64,000 nt of DNA from the human T2T-CHM13v2.0 reference genome, Homo sapiens. Where the stretch lies: NCBI RefSeq assembly GCF_009914755.1, contig NC_060935.1, one strand, 5' to 3'. Shown piece after piece: positions 1 to 13,170 of this stretch. Under the pieces are notes generated by a model, which saw only the letters and a list, made by a program, of their open reading frames with translations, did no database searches and was not told the origin of the DNA. The position numbers and the translations under genes were made by a program. Each line of letters opens with the position of its first letter. Positions within the stretch are counted from its first letter, which is position 1.

Positions 1-208
1 GCAACCACCAAAAATCTGTATCAAAAGATACATAAAAAATGCTACAGATAAATCAAAATGAAATTCTAAAACCTGTTGAAGTAATCCATAGGAAGGCAGG
101 AGAAAGAATAGAGAAGTAAAAAACTGAAAGAACAAAAGAGATAAAAAGAAATAAAATAGCTATCTTAAGTCCTAACATATCAATAAGTACATTAAATGTA
201 AATGGCTT
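1..208 (+). mobile_element. Old L1 (L1M) fragment: inter-ORF region and start of ORF2 endonuclease
   Basis: A-rich; atatcaataagtacattaaatgtaaatggctt reads ISISTLNVNGL, the conserved L1 ORF2 N-terminal motif. Confidence 0.75.
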
Positions 209-904
<696 letters not shown>

Positions 905-1899
905 TGTTTGTTTTTAAAGTTAGTACAGAAAATAGAGGCAAGTAAGGGAGCTTGTGTTTGTACCCTGGCTCAAAATCCAGTAAGTAAGGATGGAGAGTGA
1001 AACTTTGAACACTTATAATTCCCTTTAGGTTTAATTTGAGTTTATTTTTAAAAACTTGAATAGAGAATGGGGCATTCAGTGCCTTCCCTTCACTGCTAAG
1101 CACTTGAAGTTGCTTGTAGTAAAAAAATAAAAATTTCTCACAGGCCAGTGGGCTGCCTCTGAGTCTGACCGGATCAAACCCCAGAACATCATCATGCACA
1201 AAGATTTAACCACCAGCTAAATGTATCATCATAGCTATTCAATGCTGGGGTAGTGGAGAGGGTGAAAAGGGGGATTAAGAGTGTGCCACATTTTTCACAC
1301 AAGAAATACTCCATTTTCTTATGACTGAGCATGTTCTCATGCTCTGTCAACGACAATATTCAGCCCTGAGATTTAGTTTTGGATGATAAAACCACCAACA
1401 CTTTACAAAGCTAGTTTTTCCATTGCAAGAACATGGAAATTCGATTACCTTCTGAGAATGAAAAACAATGAGCTCAACTCTGTGGCTAAAATTGTTTGAG
1501 AACATCCATGAGTAATCATATAATCTTGTGTGGCAATGGGGCATGCATAAATTGCATTCATATCTAATCAATTACACTGTCTTGCCTGAAGAAAGAGTGC
1601 TAATGAAAGGCCCAGTAATAAAAAGAAAGTCCAAGCAGCATGAATTTGTCAATGTTTGCCCAGAACTGTACAAGAGACATAGACACTGCGTCTCAGTTAA
1701 CCAGCCCTACCCTGACCCTTTGCCCTCTGGATCTGTCATATTACCTGTCTTCTCACTTTTCAGCCATGACAGATGGCTCCCTCTTCTGTTCCCATGCATC
1801 TTTCCCTTAATAAACTATCAGTACTTCTAAGGAGAGACCTCAAGCTGCTTCCATTCATTCCTACCCATATATTGGTGAAGTAGGCTTTTCTTTCTGTTT

Positions 1900-2250
1900 T
1901 TTGGGTAAAAGCTATTTTACTCCATAAACAAAAATAAGGCCAGAAATTACAATGACTTAAGTAAAAGAGAAGGCAAGTCCAGCACTGAGTTGTGCAATTG
2001 GAGGAGATGCTCTGCTCCAAGAACCCAGGTTTCCTCCTTTCTATTGCTCTGCCATCCTCAGTCTGGGTCTTGCCAAGTCAGTGTTACAGCCTGTGGTAAA
2101 GGGAATGATGGATGAAGAAATACTTGTCCAATGTTCTAAGTCTATATCAAAGCCCCCAACTGGCACAACTACTCACCTCCTGACACATGGATTTACCTGG
2201 CTATACGGCAGTTGATAAAATGCAGTCTCTAGCTCTATAGCTGGGCTATG
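1900..2250 (-). mobile_element. Old MaLR LTR fragment (MLT1J/K-like)
   Basis: aatgacttaa...aacccaggtttcctcc...gctctgccatcctc...aaatgcagtct resemble MLT1 antisense motifs; highly diverged. Confidence 0.45.
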
Positions 2251-2784
2251 ATGAATGCAAGAATAAAAGAGACACTAGATATGGAGGAGACAGTAGTTTT
2301 TCTATATTTTCTAGATCACCACCATTTCCCTAGAGAGACCTTGCTTCCAACTCAGAAATTTATCTGTGTCCTGTCATGTTGAAAAAGTTATGCATACCAG
2401 TAAGTCCAGTAAGTCAGTACAGATAGAGCACAGTCTTAGGACACAGGTGGCATCAATCAGCCAGCCAACCAGAAATGCTCTATATATTTTTGTAGTTTTC
2501 ACAAAACATTAATAGAAAAAACAACCAATCTAGCAGGTGAAGGATGGATGGAGCTTCCAGTGTAGGCTTTCCTGCTATTGATTCCATGTCCCTTTACATT
2601 CCTCTGAGATCTTCTTTTCTAAAATTCAGGGGTTAACTTTTCTCTCCCTGTTTTCCAGCTCTTGTCTTCCCTTCATGAAGTAGTGAAGGAAGACGGCAAG
2701 GTTGAATAAAAGAGGGGAGGGCCACAGGGGCAGAAGAAAATTACAGTACAAGAACAAAATTAATAGCAAAATTAGCAGCATATT

Positions 2785-2867
2785 CTTCATTCATCTTTAT
2801 ACTCTCAGAACCTGGAATAATGCCTGGCATATAGTAGGTCTCAATAATTATTCCTTGAACTGAATTA
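2785..2867 (+). mobile_element. L2 3' end
   Basis: tgcctggcatatagtaggtctcaataa...ttgaactgaa. Confidence 0.65.
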
Positions 2868-3554
2868 TGTATCATGAGAGAAAAGGCAATTCTGAATTAA
2901 TCTTCTCAATACCAAACAGGAGATTTTACTCCACCTTTTGATCACTAGCCATGGCTATGAGATCCCGCCAGGTATTTAGTAACAAAGCTTTTGCTCCGGA
3001 AACCTCAAGTACAAATCAACCAGACACTGAAATAACACAGATCAGGACTCAGCTTGCATCTATGTTCCAAATAAAAGATAAGCTGTTTCCTTTAGACAAA
3101 TAAACCACTTTAAGTTTACTATGTTATTGTATCAACAACAAATAACATGTTGATGGCCAAGGAGAAACATGTAACTCTTGTTTATTTAAATAATCCATTC
3201 ACTTCGCACAGATTTCTGATGAAGTTAAATAGATCTCATTTATCCCTCAATTTGTTTCTGACAGACTTCTAAAAATGTTTGCCCATTTTTACTTTAAGGG
3301 CTTTTTGTGAGTTTTTCATATAAACTCAATGACTTTCATCTCTTAAAGACTTTTTTTAAAATTAATTGGAGGCAACCTCCCTGGATATACTTGGTCTTAA
3401 TCAGTTCAGGACTTATCAGACTTCTTTCCTTTCACAAAACGATTCCATTTTCTAAATAATAAGAACTTTCAAAGAAACCTTTACATAGCTTTTCTGGATA
3501 TGTAATACATAGCACAAAATATTACATCATAAATCAGAGCCAACATTTTTTTGC

Positions 3555-3730
3555 CCTTTATACTTTACAAATCACCCTTTACCTTCATTATCTGACAATT
3601 TTTCACAACCTCATGAGGTACTTTTATTATCAAAATTTTATAGATGAGGAAATTTGAGCTCAGAAATTGGCCTTCAGTGACACAATCAAGATCCAAACTC
3701 AGGTCCTCTGACTCCAAATCGCTACACTTT
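3555..3730 (-). mobile_element. MIR
   Basis: core ttttatagatgaggaaatttgagctcaga...tctgactccaaa. Confidence 0.75.
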
Positions 3731-4574
3731 AAAATTTCCCCCTTTTGTGCTTTGTTTACAAAACCTTCTTCCTTCTGTGCTTTTGTTTGTCATTAAAAGT
3801 CAAAATTGGCTATGGACATCCTCCCATAAGCTGTGAAATATATTAAGAACAAAAGGACCCTTTCAAAATCAGTCCAGAGACATTTGAGAATGACTTGGAG
3901 TGTTGTCAGCATAGAGGATACTAATTTTTGCCTGCTGCAACATGTGGTGAGAAGTATCATTAGTGATAAGGGCTGACTCTGGTCTTCTACTCCACAGCCT
4001 CCCAGTTTCTGCTCCCAGATAATATAAAATGAAGCCATGCTTTTATTTTTAATCCAAATCTCTGATTACAGAGATTTGCACCATTAATATGCTATCCCAT
4101 CTCCCTAATTATATTTATAGTCTCAAAAATATGTTAGCACAATGACAGGTGAAGATGATCTTCTAAGAATTAGGAATTAAAAGGTGAAAGTAACAGGTTA
4201 GGATCTAATGTAGATTATTTAAGGATAGAATTCAAATTTTTCATTCCAACACTAAAATTTGTTTCTCTCTGTGATTCATAGTAGTAGACAGGAAGAGGTT
4301 ACATGGTTAAAATTTTTAAAGATTTAAAAGACTCCTGCTAGGACAGTCACAAGTTTTATATACTGGTCACTTTATAGGAATAGTTTGATCCCTATCAGAC
4401 ATAGTTACAGAAGGAGGTCTGGAAAGAAGGAAATGGAGAACCATCATAGAGAAGGGATTTTTGTATTTTAAGAATATTTGTTCCTATTGGGTGACCCTTT
4501 GTCAAGAAGTGAGTTCTTCCTTAGGAATCACTGGAGTAGATGCCTTTTCTCCCAAATCATTGTTCCTTTTATAA

Positions 4575-4860
4575 ACTTATCAGATCCTTTTTAGCATCTC
4601 CAGTATGCCAGACTGTGTGTTAAATGATGAGAATACAATAATGAATAAAATGTGGCCCCTGCCCTCAAAGATTTTGATCCCTGGAGGAGTAGGGATGGAG
4701 TAAAATTTAGGTGTGATAAGGGTCAATTTCAGTACATTGTGACCATGGAAAGGGTCCCGCTCAAAGCCTCCATGACAAAACCCATCCAGGCTTGGAGGAT
4801 CAGGAAAGACGTCCTAAAGGAGTAATTCCTGAAGTGAGTCCTGAATTAGGAATCAGGAAA
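4575..4860 (-). mobile_element. L2 fragment
   Basis: tatgccagactgtgtgttaaatg...gtggcccctgccctcaa. Confidence 0.6.
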
Positions 4861-4893
4861 CTGAGCACAGATTGGATACATCAAATATATTTT

Positions 4894-5672
4894 CAGAGAG
4901 CAGTGGGTTTGAAGGAAGATGAGGAAGCTCAAAGCCAAAGCCTTTCACTTACACAGGTCCTTTCCAAGACCCTGAAATATGTTCCCATGGCCATGATTTT
5001 TCCAAAATTTGCAAAAGTAAGATATCATAGTTCCAACAGATTAAGAATCTTTTCCCTTTCTACTCTGACATTCCCTCCATCACCCATCCTCTTCAGTCAG
5101 GTGTGTTGGAGTGGCCACAGGCATTTTGTAGAAGCTGAGTTGGGGATACTTTTAATTTGCATTGAGTTGGATAAATGTATTTATTTACAGTGTCTTTCTT
5201 GTATCTCTTCTAGTCCCCCACATACTTCCATGCCAACAAACACGTTTTCTAACCATATGACCCTGAGTCCTCCCACCTGTATGTTCCCCCTCCCCCAAGC
5301 TCTCCTAAACAAACTCTGCTATAGGAAAGGCTGAACTATTTTTCTGTTCTTTCTATAAAGAATAATATTACCCAACTGTTATGTCACGAAGAGTCAGTTA
5401 CAGAGTATGCAGGGAACAATATAGAAAAAATTATGATGGAGGGTGTATTCAGAATATAATTAATAAAACTAGTATGCTTTTGAAATGTTGTGATACTTAG
5501 GGTATTTGTCAGGCTTTTTTTTTAACTTGCTATTTGTTGTAATTTTTTCTTATTCTAAATAGATACACACAACTATACCTAATTTTGTACTTGTAATTGT
5601 CTATTTCTTTTCTTAAAGAGGACCCTGCAAATTGTATAAGCTTTAGGATCTATCAAATCGGGGCTACCTCTG
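4894..5672 (+). mobile_element. hAT-Tip100 DNA transposon, Arthur1/MER69-type internally deleted copy
   Basis: Both MER69-type ends present: cctttcacttacacaggtcctttccaagaccctg and tacctaattttgtacttgtaattg...ttaaagaggaccctgcaaattgtataagcttt. Confidence 0.65.
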
Positions 5673-5695
5673 TCGGAAACATAAGTTACCTACAC

Positions 5696-5770
5696 TTGAA
5701 CTCCTGGCCCCAAGCAATTCTCCTGCCTTGTCCTCCCAATGTGCTGGGATTACAGGCATGAGCCACTGTA
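5696..5770 (-). mobile_element. Alu fragment (5' part of left monomer, antisense)
   Basis: ttgaactcctggccccaagcaattctcctgcc...tgctgggattacaggcatgagccactg. Confidence 0.85.
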
Positions 5771-6334
5771 AGCAGTTTGGAGATTTCTCAAAGAACTTAA
5801 AATAGAGATACCATTTGACACAGCAACCCCGTTACTGGATATATACCCAAAGGAAAATAGATCATTCTACCAAAAAGACACATGCACCCATATGTTCATC
5901 GCCGTACTATTCACAATAGCAAAGACATGGAATCAGCCTAGGTGTCCATCAACAGTGGATTGGATAAAGAAAATATGTTGCATATACACCAAGGAATACT
6001 ACATAGCCATAAAAAGGAATGAAATCATGTCCTTTGCAGCAACGTGGATGGAGCTGGAGGCCATAATTCTAAGGGAATTAATGCAGGAGCAGAAAATCAA
6101 ACACCACATATTCTCACTTATAAGTGAGAGCTGAACATTGAGAAAACATGACATAAACATGGGAAAAATAAATACTGAGGACTGCTAGAGAAGGGAATTG
6201 GGGAGAGGGATGTGAGTTGAAAAACTGCCTGTTGGGTACTATGCCCACTATCTGGGTGCAGTATACCCATGTAACAAAACTGCACATGTACCCCTTGTAT
6301 CTAAAATAAAAGTTGAAATTAAAAAAAAATAATA
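5771..6334 (+). mobile_element. 5'-truncated L1PA (older primate, L1PA13-16-like): ORF2 C-terminus, 3' UTR and poly(A)
   Basis: ORF 5892-6134 [20 protein letters not shown] is the L1 ORF2 C-terminus; aataaa and A-tail at 6305-6334. Confidence 0.93.
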
Positions 6335-6769
6335 ATAAATTGCCTGCATAGTATCCATCAGGCTGGTTAGAATAGAGAAACGTGTAGCCAGGAGTTACCA
6401 TGGCAGCCAGCATGAATGTAAAGATGTGTCCAATGGGGATCCTAGAGAAAGATGGACTAGGTTTGAATCTGTAATACAGCATCTTCTCTATCTCTCTTTT
6501 CTCTGACTTGAAAGGGAAACCAACCATGTATCTGTAGGGGTTCTGGGACTGTAGCCCAAAGCAGCTAGCTCCAAACCCTAAATTCCTTTGAAGTCAGTCT
6601 CTTATGAAAGACCATTGGGAAAATTCTGGGACCCTCCAACATCATTGAGTAATGATGTATTTTTCTCTCTTTCTCACAAGAAAAATTAAGGTTAATAGAC
6701 TGTTGCCATTGTTCTTGAGTAATTATAATAGGAGTAATAATTTTAATATTAGCAATGTTATTTTATCTC

Positions 6770-7875
6770 TTGCCTTGGTCCACTCTCCAACATTCATCTA
6801 CTTGGGAGAAGGTTAGGACTTGCTGGAGTAGCCATAAAAAGACAAACATTGAATTAAAATTCCATTTCTGACATTAAAAAATAGGATTTTGCTGCAAGAC
6901 CAGGAAGACTTGCAAGCAGGCTATTGAGAGAAGACTTCCAAAATTCCTTTAGCTTGAACTTTAGCCTCTCAAAGCCCAAGCCTGGAGGCATCAGTGCATA
7001 GTTTTCTCAGCCTGATTTCCACCTAAGGCTTGACCAGAGTTAGAAGTAGGAGGAAGAAAAATACAACTTTGGGGAAAAATCACCCTTTCATCCTAGAGTG
7101 ATGATAGGAAGGAAGAGACAAGATAAGGATCCAACGGCATCCATATACATCCTGTGGACGGAAGATGAAGGAGGGGCAGTGCTTTGGACTGAGCAATACT
7201 GAGGACAGAGCAGTCCATCACCAGCCTGGTCTATAGCCCCATCAAAGTAAACTGGGTGGTACAGAATGGGGAGGCAGAGAGAAGGATTTGGGGTCAATGT
7301 TTCTGGGCCATCCGTGGCTTTCGTTGGAGGAGCCTTGGCAAGACAATAGCTGAGAGCCTTCATTGAAGGGTTTGCTATGGTAGAAGTTTGAGTGATAGTC
7401 ACAGAGAATCACCAGATAGATCTACGGCACCTGCAGGAGCAATGGAGAGGTCAAGATAGCCTCAGAGTTATGACTAGCAATGCAGCAATCTAGAAGTTAC
7501 CCCAACCTCAGACTCCAGACTCAAATGCCATCAGAGTATAGGTGGACAAGGGATATCACCTCAGAGACCAGAGGAGAAGAGGCCTTGAGGCATGAGATGT
7601 CAACTGTTTTCCACTATCGTAAGCATGCTTGGGCAGGTAATGGAGAGGCTATGTATACCACAGAAAGACTTAATACTACCTGAAAGTCCTGCTTTAAATT
7701 ATTAAAATTATTGAATCAGACTAGGCTCAAGCCAGATTATACATTTAGCTAATAATGTTTCCCACTCACCATGAGTAGGGTCAGGAAAAGTATAGATTAG
7801 TTACAGGTAAAATAAAAATATGCTTCCCCCTCACATCCAGTTTGGGGTATGGTTGACTTTTGCCACCATGCAACA
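6770..7875 (+). mobile_element. Probable ancient Gypsy-like LTR (MamGypLTR-type)
   Basis: 3' end agattagttacaggtaaaataaaaatatgcttccccctcacatcc...catgcaaca resembles MamGypLTR termini; 5' boundary uncertain. Confidence 0.4.
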
Positions 7876-7901
7876 CAAATGACTCCCAGATTTTGTGAAC
7901 A

Positions 7902-8169
7902 TGTAGAAAATACCTTTGCTGCCTTGTTCATACCCCCTCAACCTACTCTGGAGGTCACAGGCAGACAGTTCCCAGGCCTGTGGATATCTTCCTATGTCTC
8001 TTTGCTTGATGGCATTCAAACAGCCATGAAATCATGCTCAGTTTGAGTAGGGCAGGACAGGCTAAGAGCTGGTACCTGAGGAGCAACACTGAGCCAGCGA
8101 GGAACTGGTGTTTGTGCTTAATAACCCAGCTTTCTCTCCCCTCAGTGGGACAATTCTAACTTATGTTCT
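7902..8169 (+). mobile_element. ERVL LTR (LTR33/LTR16C-type), 5' half
   Basis: Starts TGTAG; cccagctttctctcccctcagtgggacaattct...atgttct; continues at 12966. Confidence 0.6.
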
Positions 8170-8260
8170 TGTGGCTGCTATGAAAATACAGCCCTCATAT
8201 CTCCACCCCTGCATCTGCTTTGCAATGACAGAGTCTCCCAGATGGCTGTTCTGCTGTGCG
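8170..8260 (+). mobile_element. ERVL LTR (LTR16A-type), 5' start
   Basis: tgtggctgctatg...ctcatatctcc resembles the LTR16A 5' terminus; continues at about 12598. Confidence 0.45.
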
Positions 8261-11200
8261 GAGATTATGTCTGTGGGTCAGATATTCCATAAGCCCTGGC
8301 TAGTGGTGCTATCTGAGGTTCTGTGGGCTGGAAAGGCAAATCCATACCTGGAATATGTATCTGTCCCTGTGAGGGCAAAGCACTGGCCTTTTCAGAATAG
8401 AAGGCTCCAATATAGTTGTCTTACACTGAGATGGTCTCTTGGAGCAGTAGGGATATATCAGAGACTCAGCCTTGCTCACTGTTGCTTGCAGGTTGGATAT
8501 GCAGAGGCAGAAGGAGCTAGTGGTTTGGTAAGTGAGTGTCACTTGTTGGGCCCACATGTAACTTTGTGCCACTGGCCACTCCATTCATGTGTACAAAGTG
8601 TCAGTTCTGGAGGGACTGATAGCAAAGGCTGGCTTATGTCAATTAGCTGAGTCATTTTGTCTACTGGGTATTCTGCATGTCTTCCATGGAGGATGCTTTC
8701 TGGCAGATGTTTACATATAAAGCAAAATCTTTACACTTCATGCCCACTGCATACATCCACCCACAGTCTGTACCCCAGACCTCTTTGTCCTTAGTTTTCA
8801 GCCCTTTTCATTCCAGGCCCCTGACCAGACATCAAAGCCATTGACCATGAACTAAGAACCTGCATGCGTTTTCACCTCAGGCCACTTCTCCTTCCACACA
8901 GAGTGGATGGCCAGATGCATTGCTCACAGCTTCACCCATTGAGAAGATTGTCCCCTTCTCCACCGTCTTTCAAGACCACCCTTGAATGTGGCTATAATGC
9001 AGCTGCTTGTACTCATGTACCAACCTGCCGTGAACTAAGCTCGGCCTTATCCCTCCTCTGTCAGCTGGTTTTATGGGGCATTCTTGACCCAATATATGTG
9101 AGCTGGTACAACTGAGGCAGTGACATGGGAGTCTGGGCTACCTGCTGAGACAGATAGATACTCAAGCCCACAGATCCTGCTCAGGCTTTATCCTGAACAT
9201 ACCACTTCCATCTTCCAATAAATAAATGCTGTGTTTGTCTGACTTTGTGACTTAGGGAGGTCCAACAGAATTCACCTCATAATGGACAGTTCCAGTGCTA
9301 CGGTCACTTGATGCTCCATACTTAAGTATTCTGTCTTTACCAGGGCAATAGAACAGATGCTGTTTCTCAAAAGGCATCATCCTTTGCTGTAGATGGAAAG
9401 GTTGTGATTCTCTCCCCGAAGCTGCCATAAGCTGCATGCTGGGTCTTTTCCCATCACGGGAACCTCCAGCACCACAGAGACTGCTCTATCGTATGGCCAA
9501 AATGGTAGGGCTGCTTGCTCAGCAATTTTGGCTTGCTGCACAGCCCCTTTCTGTTCTAGACCTAAAGCTGGCAGCTTCATTAAGTGAACTGGAGTAGTAT
9601 TGCTAGTTTGTGGAATACTCCAGATTCCAAAGAGGTCTGATAGCTGCTGTATTCCCTTCTTTGTGGTAGAAGACAGATGATGCATTGATTTGCCTTTTAC
9701 TTTGGAGGTCATGTCCCTTAGCCCTGCACCCCTAAAAACTTCAATGAAGTGACAGTTTTTCTGAATCTTCATAAAGTTCATTACTCATTCTCTGCAGCTC
9801 ATGTGTCTTAGAAGGCTTCAAGCAAATGAGTCACTTTTGCTTGTCTTGTGTGAATAGCATGAGGTCATCCACATTGTATATTAGTGGTTATCTATGGGAT
9901 ATTCAGATTATACATATCTCTTATGAATATATCATGACACAAGACAGGAGACCTAACATATCCCTGAGGCAAAACCCTGCAACTTCAGCCATATGATCCA
10001 ACAGATCTTATGAATATTGCTGTCTGTTCTACATGAATGCAAAGTCTTTCTGATCCTCTTTTCTAATTGGAATAGAAAACAGCACATATGTCAAATCGAT
10101 GGCTACATACCAGGGATTTAAAGGCTTATTAATCTTTTCTAGCTACAACACATGTCTGGCACAGCACCTGCAACTGGGGCTACTACTAGGCTATGCCTTC
10201 AGTGAATGGGTTATGCCAGTGAAGTCATTCATTCTCCATGATCCATCTGGTTTCTGCAGGAGCCAGACTAGCATATTAAATGGACACCTGATGATTACCA
10301 CCACTCCTGCATCCTGCAGCTTTTTAACGGTGGCCCTAACCTCTGCCATGCCACAGAGGATGTAACATTGCTTTTGATTTACTAGCTAGGCCAGGGTCAT
10401 GGGCAGTTTCATAGGTATCTACTTATACTTCCTCACTGTAATAGCTCTTACCCTACAAGCAAATGACCCAATGTCAGGGTTATTCCAACTGCCCAGTATA
10501 TCAGTTTTAATTATACACTCTAGGACTGGAGAAACGGCCACTAGGTGGGTTCCTGAACCTATTGAGTCCACTGGGAGCCACATTTTCGCCAGGACTCCAT
10601 ATTACCTGGCTCCCCTAAGCTCCCTTTCTAACACAGGGGCCATAATGTGCTTTAGGTCTTCAGCTAACTATGTTGACTCAGACCCTCTGTCCATTAGTCC
10701 TAAAAAAAATCTGGGTACCTCTATTTTCACAGTGTACAGTCATCTAATAATAGCTATAAATCCCTTTGGGAGGAAACTCAAAGAATCATCATAATTTATA
10801 TCTGCCGTGGCATCCTAGGGCCCTGTCTCCTAGAAAGCTGACCTCCTCTTCAGCAAACGAGCTTCTGATCTGAAAATTGGCTCAGGTCCAGGATCATGAC
10901 ATTTTACTGGATGACCACCCTCAGTCAGTGTCCTGCTCTTCCGTTAATTTGTTCTTTCTTTCTTTTTCTTTTTGGTCGTAGATGTTTAGCAGCATCTTTG
11001 TTGGCTATTCGTCTATCTTGCTCACACGGATGCTAAGCTCTTTTAACCATTTCCACGATTCCTTCTGTGTCAACCTCCTTGCCTGTCATTATGGTAATTG
11101 TGGGCTCCTGCCTTCTGGTGGTTGAGTGCTGTACCGGATATTTGTTATCTGGGGACTATATCATTCCCATAGCTATTAAAAACTCGGTGATTACCTCTAC

Positions 11201-12504
11201 TACCATCAGCCTGCAGAGGATAGCCACCACTGAACTTCTCACTCATGCTGGTGGCCTCTCACCTGTGCGTGCCTGGCAGCCTTCATGCAAGGTATGTCCT
11301 CTGGACCCTCCTGTGAAGCATACTCTTCTAGTGCATCTTCTGGTCTTACAGAATATATCCATGTCAGGATTCTCACTTTCCTCAACCTTTTGTTTCTTCC
11401 TCTGTGCTCTTTCAGGGCAACTTAGGCACTTCTGCTTCATTCAACATTAGCTATCACTTTTTCTGAGCTTCTAAGAGCCACCCTAGCAGCAAGTTTATCC
11501 CATTCTCTGGGGTCCTTTCTGGGATGTTAAAGCCTATGTCCAAAGAAAGTGCCCCCATATGAATGAATTCTTGTTTATGCAGTTTTACAGCTCTCTTGAT
11601 CAAGTACTCTCAAAATTCAATCTCAATGATACTGCATTTGCTTCTGCTGGCACGTGCTAGCTAATTCATGAAAATTCCTAGGTAGAGAGTTTCTGTCCAT
11701 CTGTTTCAGGCTCAGCATACTCCCTATTGGGTTATGGTGGCTTTTAACCCTAGTTATCTGCCTGACAGCCCCCATAAGAGACTGGGGAAGCTCCTGAGGA
11801 GGGCATTTGCTGCCTTGCCGAAAAGAGGCCTCTGCAGTGTCTTCCACTGCATTGAAATGCTAGCTCTTGCTAGGTATGAATGAACCACCTCTGCAGGCTC
11901 TGAGGATATGCAGAGGTCTGCAGAACCCATGCCCTCAAAACCTTCATTCAGATGTCCCTATCCCATGTTTCAGTGTCCCAAAGTTCTCCTAACCAGGATT
12001 GTAACTTTAAAACAACAGATCTTCCTTAACTTAGCATTCATATGTCCTTTGATCCCTGTAACTCTATCAGAACTTCAGTCTGCTGTTCAGCTGTGTGTGC
12101 TTTCTACTGCTAAAGATGAGTGATTCTTTGTAAGCTACCAAAAAGGCTTTCTGGTTCTCACATTTAGCCTTTTACTACTTGTCAATAACCTTCTGTTTTT
12201 CATGCTCTTTGAGGTATCAGTATAATTTAGCAGTCTCCAGCCAACTCCACTGTCATTGCAGGCATTTTTCCCCAGATCTTTCAAATACCTGAATGGTTGC
12301 ACCCACAGTGGTGACCTCTTCCACTAGGACATTTTTCCATGTCACCATTGGTGACATTGTTAGTAAATGAGCTGCCACTTTGTGCCTGGGACTACCCAGG
12401 CCCCAGTTACCATTCAGGATGGCATCCTCTGTCCAGTGAGTATGAGTATGCCAGTCCTGAGGCCTCATTTTACTGTCTGTCTTCTTGGACAGCTTTCAGT
12501 ACCA
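8261..12504 (-). mobile_element. Decayed ERVL internal region (ERV3-16A3-int/ERVL-like gag-pro-pol), many stops and frameshifts
   Basis: Minus-strand RT motifs VLPQGY (9958-9975) and LIYNVDDLML (9855-9884); KVKGK..HL..TTKK..Q.L.DLFG.W and PFEKQ in ORFs 9377-9781 and 9252-9437 match ERVL pol; PBS-like tggtac directly after the LTR end near 12500. Confidence 0.85.
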
Positions 12505-12597
12505 CTGTGTTCATTTAGATTATTTAGGAAGTAGACGATAACATGGGATTACATTTGTAAGAGACTTGTTGTGGGAAATGCCCCTGAGGGAAAAGGC
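12505..12597 (-). mobile_element. 3' end of the 5' LTR of the antisense ERVL (LTR16-type)
   Basis: tgtgtt...gtaagagactt...aaatgcccctgagggaaaag is a diverged reverse complement of 12875-12965. Confidence 0.55.
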
Positions 12598-12965
12598 TGC
12601 ATTCATGCTGAAGTCACAGTTCACACACATTAGCTCCTAGCCAATGACTAAAAGCAGCTAGAACACTGAAGCAAAGCCCGTTTCTGAGAGATGTGGATCT
12701 CCTCTGGCAGATGGCTTTGGCCCCATGCTTCTTATTGGCTGGACTGAACTTTTCTTAGAACTGCACTGTAGTCTGAGAGTCATCCTGTGTGATCCTCTTT
12801 ACTTCTCCTTGTCTTTCACAGGGGACACCTCCATTGTGGTCTGATCGCTCTCCCCACCTCCACCCGCTACATTTCTTTTCCGCCTCAGAGGCATTTGTTC
12901 TACCAAATCTCTTGCACATCTGATGCTGTCTTGGAGCCTGTTTCTTGCAGGACCCAGCTAACACA
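12598..12965 (+). mobile_element. ERVL LTR (LTR16A-type), 3' part
   Basis: agccaatgact...gaactgcactgtagtctgag...aaatctcttgcacatc...ctaacaca terminus. Confidence 0.7.
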
Positions 12966-13170
12966 TAGTCTCTCAGACGAACCCTGATAGGTTTGTCTCA
13001 CTTGCCCTAATGGTGACTTGATTATTAACACATACTTTATTAACATTTCTGTCTCCACTGCTTAACTTTCCAACTGTCTTACATGTTTCCCAGGACCTCC
13101 TTCCAAATAAAATACTGGCACCCAAATGCTTGTCTCAGAGGCAGCTTTTAGAGAAACGCAGACAAAGACA
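12966..13170 (+). mobile_element. ERVL LTR (LTR33/LTR16C-type), 3' half
   Basis: ttccaaataaaatactggcacccaaatgcttgtctcaga...acaaagaca terminus. Confidence 0.7.

Noticed and set aside
4792-5334. 180-aa ORF as a transposase
   Set aside because: Crosses the L2/Arthur1 boundary, has a non-ATG start and no hAT transposase motifs
8108-12468. Cluster of 60-180 aa ORFs as a domesticated retroviral gene
   Set aside because: Pol motifs are spread across frames with stops, and the YxDD motif is degenerate (NVDD); no intact gag, pol or env
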